A DNA stretch of 63,123 bases, the filler included. It is 4 parts of 4 records of this genome, joined end to end, with 100 filler letters (N's around TTAATTAATTAA, not from the genome) between each part and the next. Parts side by side here need not be neighbours in the genome. Positions count along the whole stretch, not along the records: positions 57,682 to 63,123 come from SRR20825006_1349; 3 more parts are not named here. The stretch is one strand, 5' to 3'. Positions 58,169 through 63,123 of the stretch are shown piece after piece; the stretch's first letter is position 1, and every line of letters starts with the position of its first letter. The position numbers and the translations under genes were made by a program. Under the pieces are notes generated by a model. That model worked only from the letters and a program-made list of their open reading frames with translations, was not told where the DNA came from and did no database searches.

Positions 58169-60303
58169 ATATCGAAAACATGGACTTCGCGCTGAATTAC
58201 CGCATGGGCCTTGCCAGCAATGACGCCCAGTCGGATTTTGATGCCTGCCTGTGGCCTTTGTTGCAGGCGCTTGGCTGGCGTGGGCTGCCCCGTCAGGTCG
58301 CAGAAGCATTGCCGCATATGGACGAGGCCCTTGATCTGACCGATTTTCGCAATGTGCTGGCGAACCTGAATTACCGGTCGCGCGAAATCGATACCACATT
58401 TGATCGGATCGATGATCGGTTGATGCCCTGTCTGTTCGTGCCCGATAACGGCACCGCACTTGTGGTGATCAAGCCGGAAAATGCTGGCATCCGGGTGTTT
58501 GATGGCGGCACCAGCCGCGAAATGGTGATCAAGCCGGTCAATCTTCCCGGGCGGTTGTTCCAGTTTACCCAGGCTGGGCGTCACGAACGGTTTTTTGAAG
58601 AGGACAAACGCGGCTGGTTTGGCGGAATAACCGACCGGTTTTCCGCCCTCGGTGGACAGCTTTTGCTGATTACCCTGATGCTGAACCTGATGGCGCTGGC
58701 CAGCCCGATTTTCGTAATGGGGATCTATGACCGGGTCATTGGAACGCGGTCGATCCCCATGTTGATCCAGTTCGGGATCGGCATGGGGATTGTCCTGATC
58801 CTTGACTGGGTCCTGCGCAATCTGCGCAGCCAGATGGTCAGCCATTTTGGGGCGCGCCTTGATACACTTGTCAGCAGTGCCATTTTCGAACGGCTTCTGT
58901 CCCTGCCACCCGCCTTTACCGAACGTGCCCCGGTCGGGGTTCAGATTTCGCGGATTCGCGATTTTGAAAGCGTCCGCGAATTCTTTAGCGGCCCGATGGC
59001 GCTTGTCATTCTGGAAATGCCCTTCCTGCCGATCTTCCTGATTGTTCTGGCGATCCTTGGGGGGTGGCTTGCACTTATCCCGATTGGGCTGATCGTTGTT
59101 TTTGTCCTGATCGGCCTGGTGTCTTTTCCGGTGGTATCACGACGGGTTTCGGAACTTGGCCGCAATGGTGCGAACCGTCAGGAATTCCTTGTCGAAACGG
59201 TCGGCAAGATGCAGGCGTTGAAATATACAGGCACAGAACATCGCTGGCTGTCGCGTTTCCGCGATATTTCGGCCGATACGGCTTATGCCGGGTTCCGGGT
59301 GGCAATGATCAATAATCTGATCAACACATCGGCACAGATTCTGATGGTCTCATCCGGGGCGCTTATCCTTGCCTTTGGCGCGGTTCAGGTCATGGCGGGT
59401 TCAATGACCGTCGGCGCACTTGTGGCATCGATGATGCTGGCATGGCGTGTACTTGGCCCGATCAATCAGGCGTTTGTCGGTATGCCGCGGCTGGCACAGC
59501 TTCGCGGGTCTGTCCGGCAGATAAACCGTCTGATGACGCTGGCACCGGAACGTGATCTGGTGCCGCGCACGGTTGGCCAACGCCGTTTCGAGGGCAATGT
59601 CACCTTCTCGCGTGTCAGCTTCCGATATACGCCGGACTCCGATCCGGCTCTGGTCGGGGTGAATTTCGATATCAAGGCCGGACAGGTGGTTGCGGTTGTC
59701 GGATCGAACGGGGCGGGCAAGTCATCGCTGATCAAATTGATCGCCGGGATGTATCAGCCACAGGCCGGTGCTGTTCTGATCGACGGCGCGGACATCCGCC
59801 AGATGGATCCGCAAACCTTGCGTCAGTCCATTTCCTATGTGCCGCAGGATGTTGAATTTTTCCGTGGATCAATTGCGCAAAACCTGCGCCTTGCCAATCC
59901 GATCGCATCACCCGATGAATTGCGGATGGCCTGTATGTCGGCGGGTATTCTTTCGGAAATCGAAGCCCTGCCCGACGGTTTTGAAACACGGATCGGCGAT
60001 CAGCATTCCTCGCGCTTTTCGACAAGCTTCCTGCAACGCCTGGCACTTGCGCGTGCCTTTGTCCGCGAAGCACCGATCATCCTGTTTGACGAGCCGACCA
60101 ATGGTCTGGATCAAAAAGCGGATCGGGCATTCCAGCATGCGATCAACCGTCTGCGCGGCGGATCGACGATTTTCCTGATTACCCATCGGCCAAGCCATCT
60201 TGATCTGGCCGACCGCATCATTGTTCTTGAAGCAGGTCAGGTGCGCGCCGATGCGCCGCCAGCACGCATCAAGCAGCAGGTGCTTGACGGAGGTTTCCTA
60301 TGA
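58165..60303 (+). CDS. Type I secretion ABC transporter (C39-like + TMD + NBD)
   Basis: IYDRVI, GSNGAGKS, YVPQ, ILFDEPT, THR. Confidence 0.9.
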   Translation: MNIENMDFALNYRMGLASNDAQSDFDACLWPLLQALGWRGLPRQVAEALPHMDEALDLTDFRNVLANLNYRSREIDTTFDRIDDRLMPCLFVPDNGTALVVIKPENAGIRVFDGGTSREMVIKPVNLPGRLFQFTQAGRHERFFEEDKRGWFGGITDRFSALGGQLLLITLMLNLMALASPIFVMGIYDRVIGTRSIPMLIQFGIGMGIVLILDWVLRNLRSQMVSHFGARLDTLVSSAIFERLLSLPPAFTERAPVGVQISRIRDFESVREFFSGPMALVILEMPFLPIFLIVLAILGGWLALIPIGLIVVFVLIGLVSFPVVSRRVSELGRNGANRQEFLVETVGKMQALKYTGTEHRWLSRFRDISADTAYAGFRVAMINNLINTSAQILMVSSGALILAFGAVQVMAGSMTVGALVASMMLAWRVLGPINQAFVGMPRLAQLRGSVRQINRLMTLAPERDLVPRTVGQRRFEGNVTFSRVSFRYTPDSDPALVGVNFDIKAGQVVAVVGSNGAGKSSLIKLIAGMYQPQAGAVLIDGADIRQMDPQTLRQSISYVPQDVEFFRGSIAQNLRLANPIASPDELRMACMSAGILSEIEALPDGFETRIGDQHSSRFSTSFLQRLALARAFVREAPIILFDEPTNGLDQKADRAFQHAINRLRGGSTIFLITHRPSHLDLADRIIVLEAGQVRADAPPARIKQQVLDGGFL

Positions 60304-61652
60304 GCGAAGCAGTTCAGAACACCGCAATTGAACGGTTCCGCCAGTCGCGCCGTATGGCACGCTATCTGTCACATGCCGTCTTGCTCGAAGAAGGCGGGAT
60401 TTCGGTCTTTGTCCGTTCGGCAATGGTGATGCTTTCGGTTGGCTTTATCGCGCTGATCGCGTGGGCGGCAACCACCCAGATCAAGGAAACGGCAACCACC
60501 TTCGGGCAGGTCATGCCGACCGGGGCGGTTAACAAGATCCAGCATCTTGAAGGTGGCATCATTTCCGAAATCATGGTGCGGGATGGTGACTTGGTCGAAA
60601 AAGACCAGGTTCTGATGCGGTTGAAACCCGAAGCATCACAGGCCGAACTGTCGCAGGCCGAAACCAGACTGGCCAGCCTGCGTCTTGAAGCCGAACGTTA
60701 TCGCGCACTTGCCGAATCGCGCGATCCCGACTTCACCCTGCTGATGGACCAGTATCCGGAACTGGCAAAAAACCAGCAGGAAATCTATCGGATCAAAACC
60801 GACCTTGATAGCAGCCAGCGCGAAATCCTTGACGTTCAGATCAAGGAACGCAACGCCGAACTGGCCCAGCTCCAGCAGCAGGAAGGGACTTTGCGCCGTT
60901 CTGTCGAATTGCTTAACCAAGAAGTGACGATGCGCCGCTCGCTGTATGAACAGGGGCTGAACTCCAAGGTCCTGTTCCTCAATATCCAGCGTGAATTGAA
61001 CGAAGCGCAGGGCAATCTTTCAAGTGTCATTGCGGAAATGGCGCGTGCGCGTGAAACCATCGCCGAAGCCAATCTGCGCCAGAACGAACTTCGAAACAGC
61101 CAGCGCGAGGAAGCGCTAAGTGAACTGGGGCGGCTTGGCGGTGAAATTGCCCAGGCCGATGAAGCGCTGCGCAAGCTTAAGGACCGTGTCGCGCGACTTG
61201 AAATCCGCGCCCCGTCCAAGGGTTATATCAAGGGGCTGCAATTTACCACGATCGGCGGGGTGATTGCCCCGGCACAGGTGGTCATGGAGCTGGTTCCGAC
61301 CGATGATGCACTGGTCGCGGAAACCCGGATTTCGACCGAGGATATCGGTCATGTTCATCTTGGACAGCCGGTGACTGTTAAAGTCAGTGCATTTGACTAT
61401 ATACGATATGGTAGTATCAGTGGTGAATTGGTATCGATATCGGCCTCTACTTTTGTTGATGAAGATGGACGACCGTATTATAAAGGACGGGTGGCACTTG
61501 ATTCCGACCGGGTCGGTGAGGGTGCCCGCGCTCAGCCGATTATCCCTGGCATGACGGTTCAGGCCGACATCCAGACGGGTGAAAGGACATTGCTGCAATA
61601 TCTGCTCAAGCCGGTTTATGTCTCGCTTGATCAGGCATTTAGCGAACGCTGA
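60300..61652 (+). CDS. HlyD-family T1SS membrane fusion protein
   Basis: IQHLEGGII, IRAPSKG, PGMTVQADIQTGERT...AFSER. Confidence 0.93.
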   Translation: MSEAVQNTAIERFRQSRRMARYLSHAVLLEEGGISVFVRSAMVMLSVGFIALIAWAATTQIKETATTFGQVMPTGAVNKIQHLEGGIISEIMVRDGDLVEKDQVLMRLKPEASQAELSQAETRLASLRLEAERYRALAESRDPDFTLLMDQYPELAKNQQEIYRIKTDLDSSQREILDVQIKERNAELAQLQQQEGTLRRSVELLNQEVTMRRSLYEQGLNSKVLFLNIQRELNEAQGNLSSVIAEMARARETIAEANLRQNELRNSQREEALSELGRLGGEIAQADEALRKLKDRVARLEIRAPSKGYIKGLQFTTIGGVIAPAQVVMELVPTDDALVAETRISTEDIGHVHLGQPVTVKVSAFDYIRYGSISGELVSISASTFVDEDGRPYYKGRVALDSDRVGEGARAQPIIPGMTVQADIQTGERTLLQYLLKPVYVSLDQAFSER

Positions 61653-61797
61653 GTTTTCATAATGGTCCCGCTGGAAATGTTCATTTCATTTCTACTGCCT
61701 GGCCGCACGTTTCTCTGGTAAAACAGAGGATTCTATACTTTTGTATAGAAATGCGGATCAGGGATTCCCGTCCCGCATTTCTCGGAGAATGGGCTAG

Positions 61798-63123
61798 ATG
61801 GCGGACGATCCTCGCGACGCAGAAGACACTCGCAACGAACTGGGCGGAAACCGGGCAGATACCGGTACCGGCGGTGATGATCTTATGCGTGATGATCGCA
61901 GTGGCGATGACCCGGACGAGCATGTCGAACTGCATGGTGATCAGAATGGCGATGGTGGCATTCCCAACGAACAGTTGGGCAGTGTTCATTATGGCAATCA
62001 GGTCAATAACCCGCAGGGCGAAGACCAACGCCAGTTCCGCCAGCGCAACGCGGGCGATCAACGGGCCGAGGAAACAACCCAGGCCGACGCCACGGAAAAG
62101 CAGATAAAGGCCGAGGCCGAGCGGGTCGAGCTTGAAAACAATATCGATACGGTTGGCGAGGGCGCTGAAACTGCTGGTGGCAGCTCAGGAAACGACCCGG
62201 TTTCCCTGCGGTCAAACGATGCAGGTGGTGCTGATAACCCGCAACCGGTTTCAACACCCGATACGACCATTGTGCCTGGCGCCCGCGAAGGCGGTGGTGG
62301 CCGCTCCGGTCAAAATATTGAAACTGATTTTGCGCCCCGGTCCGCACCGGCATCAGAGGCTGCTGTTGCGGCGGCTGATGTCAGTGCGACGGCTTCCGCC
62401 GAACTGGACGAGGTTCTGGAACTCGAAACCCGGAACGAGGTGCCAAAAGTCGCCGACGCACCAAGCCTTTCTGCCACGGATGTTGCCGGTGACGAAGACA
62501 GTGCGATCTCGCTTGATGTCTCTGCCGCTCTTCGTGACCTTGATGGCGGCGATGAAACCCTTTCGATCACGATTTCCGGCGTGCCTGATGGGGCGGTTTT
62601 ATCGGCCGGCACGGATAACGGCGATGGCACATGGTCACTGACGCCAGATCAGCTCGCGGGCCTGACGATCACACCGGGCGGGAACTACAATGGCAGCTTT
62701 GATCTTTCAGTAACCGCAACCAGCACCGAGGCCAATGGCAGCACATCATCGACAAGCACAAGCTTCACGGTCGATGTCGAAGCCGTTGCCGATGGTGCAA
62801 CGCTTGATGTCGGCGATGCCGCCGGTGCCGAAGACAGTGCGATTGCCCTCTCGATTGATACCGAACTGCTCGATGCGAACGAGGGCATCTCGATCACCAT
62901 CTCAGGCGTTCCCGATGGTGCAACCCTGTCCGCCGGAACCGACAATGGTGACGGCACCTGGACCCTCGACGTCGCCGATCTCGACGGCTTGACAATCACG
63001 CCGGGCGAAAATTTCAGCGGCAGCTTCGACCTGACCGTATCTGTCTCGACAACTGACGGCACCGATAGCGCAGTCGTTGTCGAAGAGATTACGGTTGATG
63101 TTGCGGGGATCGCAGACGCGCCG
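61798..63123 (+). CDS. Large repetitive T1SS-secreted adhesin (3'-truncated; absent from ORF track)
   Basis: Open frame from ATG 61798 to the window end; acidic N-terminus, then Ig/cadherin-like repeats (EDSAI..ITISGVPDGAxLSAGTDNGDGTW..GSFDL). Confidence 0.85.
   Translation, partial: MADDPRDAEDTRNELGGNRADTGTGGDDLMRDDRSGDDPDEHVELHGDQNGDGGIPNEQLGSVHYGNQVNNPQGEDQRQFRQRNAGDQRAEETTQADATEKQIKAEAERVELENNIDTVGEGAETAGGSSGNDPVSLRSNDAGGADNPQPVSTPDTTIVPGAREGGGGRSGQNIETDFAPRSAPASEAAVAAADVSATASAELDEVLELETRNEVPKVADAPSLSATDVAGDEDSAISLDVSAALRDLDGGDETLSITISGVPDGAVLSAGTDNGDGTWSLTPDQLAGLTITPGGNYNGSFDLSVTATSTEANGSTSSTSTSFTVDVEAVADGATLDVGDAAGAEDSAIALSIDTELLDANEGISITISGVPDGATLSAGTDNGDGTWTLDVADLDGLTITPGENFSGSFDLTVSVSTTDGTDSAVVVEEITVDVAGIADAP

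Overview
The window is four unlinked contigs joined by 100-nt N spacers that each contain TTAATTAATTAA (gaps 17260-17359, 29959-30058, 57582-57681). Contig 1 (1-17259) looks Rhodobacteraceae-like: part of a split B12-dependent methionine synthase cluster, rluE, ppx, hemB, mfd, an MFS pump, DsbA/FrnE, an XRE-cupin regulator, two unannotated tiny lipoproteins and an ABC substrate-binding protein. Contig 2 (17360-29958) looks Devosia/Hyphomicrobiales-like: soxR with a clear sox-box, slyX, rpsU, purEK, a TacA-like sigma-54 activator with a CtrA box, and a truncated autotransporter. Contig 3 (30059-57581) starts with a complete ~17.5-kb element integrated at a tRNA 3' end, bounded by 29-bp att repeats at 30060 and 47531; after it come two divergent RTX-Hint genes and the dacA-tmk-holB-tatD-MBL-AEC operon. 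Contig 4 (57682-63123) looks Rhodospirillales/Thalassospira-like: a type I secretion locus and the start of a large repeat adhesin. These taxonomic labels are my inference from protein style. The main candidate for a new system is the 17.5-kb element. It encodes an integrase, a full HK97-type head, packaging and neck set, a tape measure protein and two tail chaperones, but I find no tail tube, tail tip, receptor-binding, lysis or repressor gene. It also carries an HUH rolling-circle-type initiator, two promoters sharing a 13-bp motif, and candidate structured RNAs. This fits an undescribed alphaproteobacterial capsid-forming phage satellite, although a deletion-derived prophage cannot be excluded from sequence alone.
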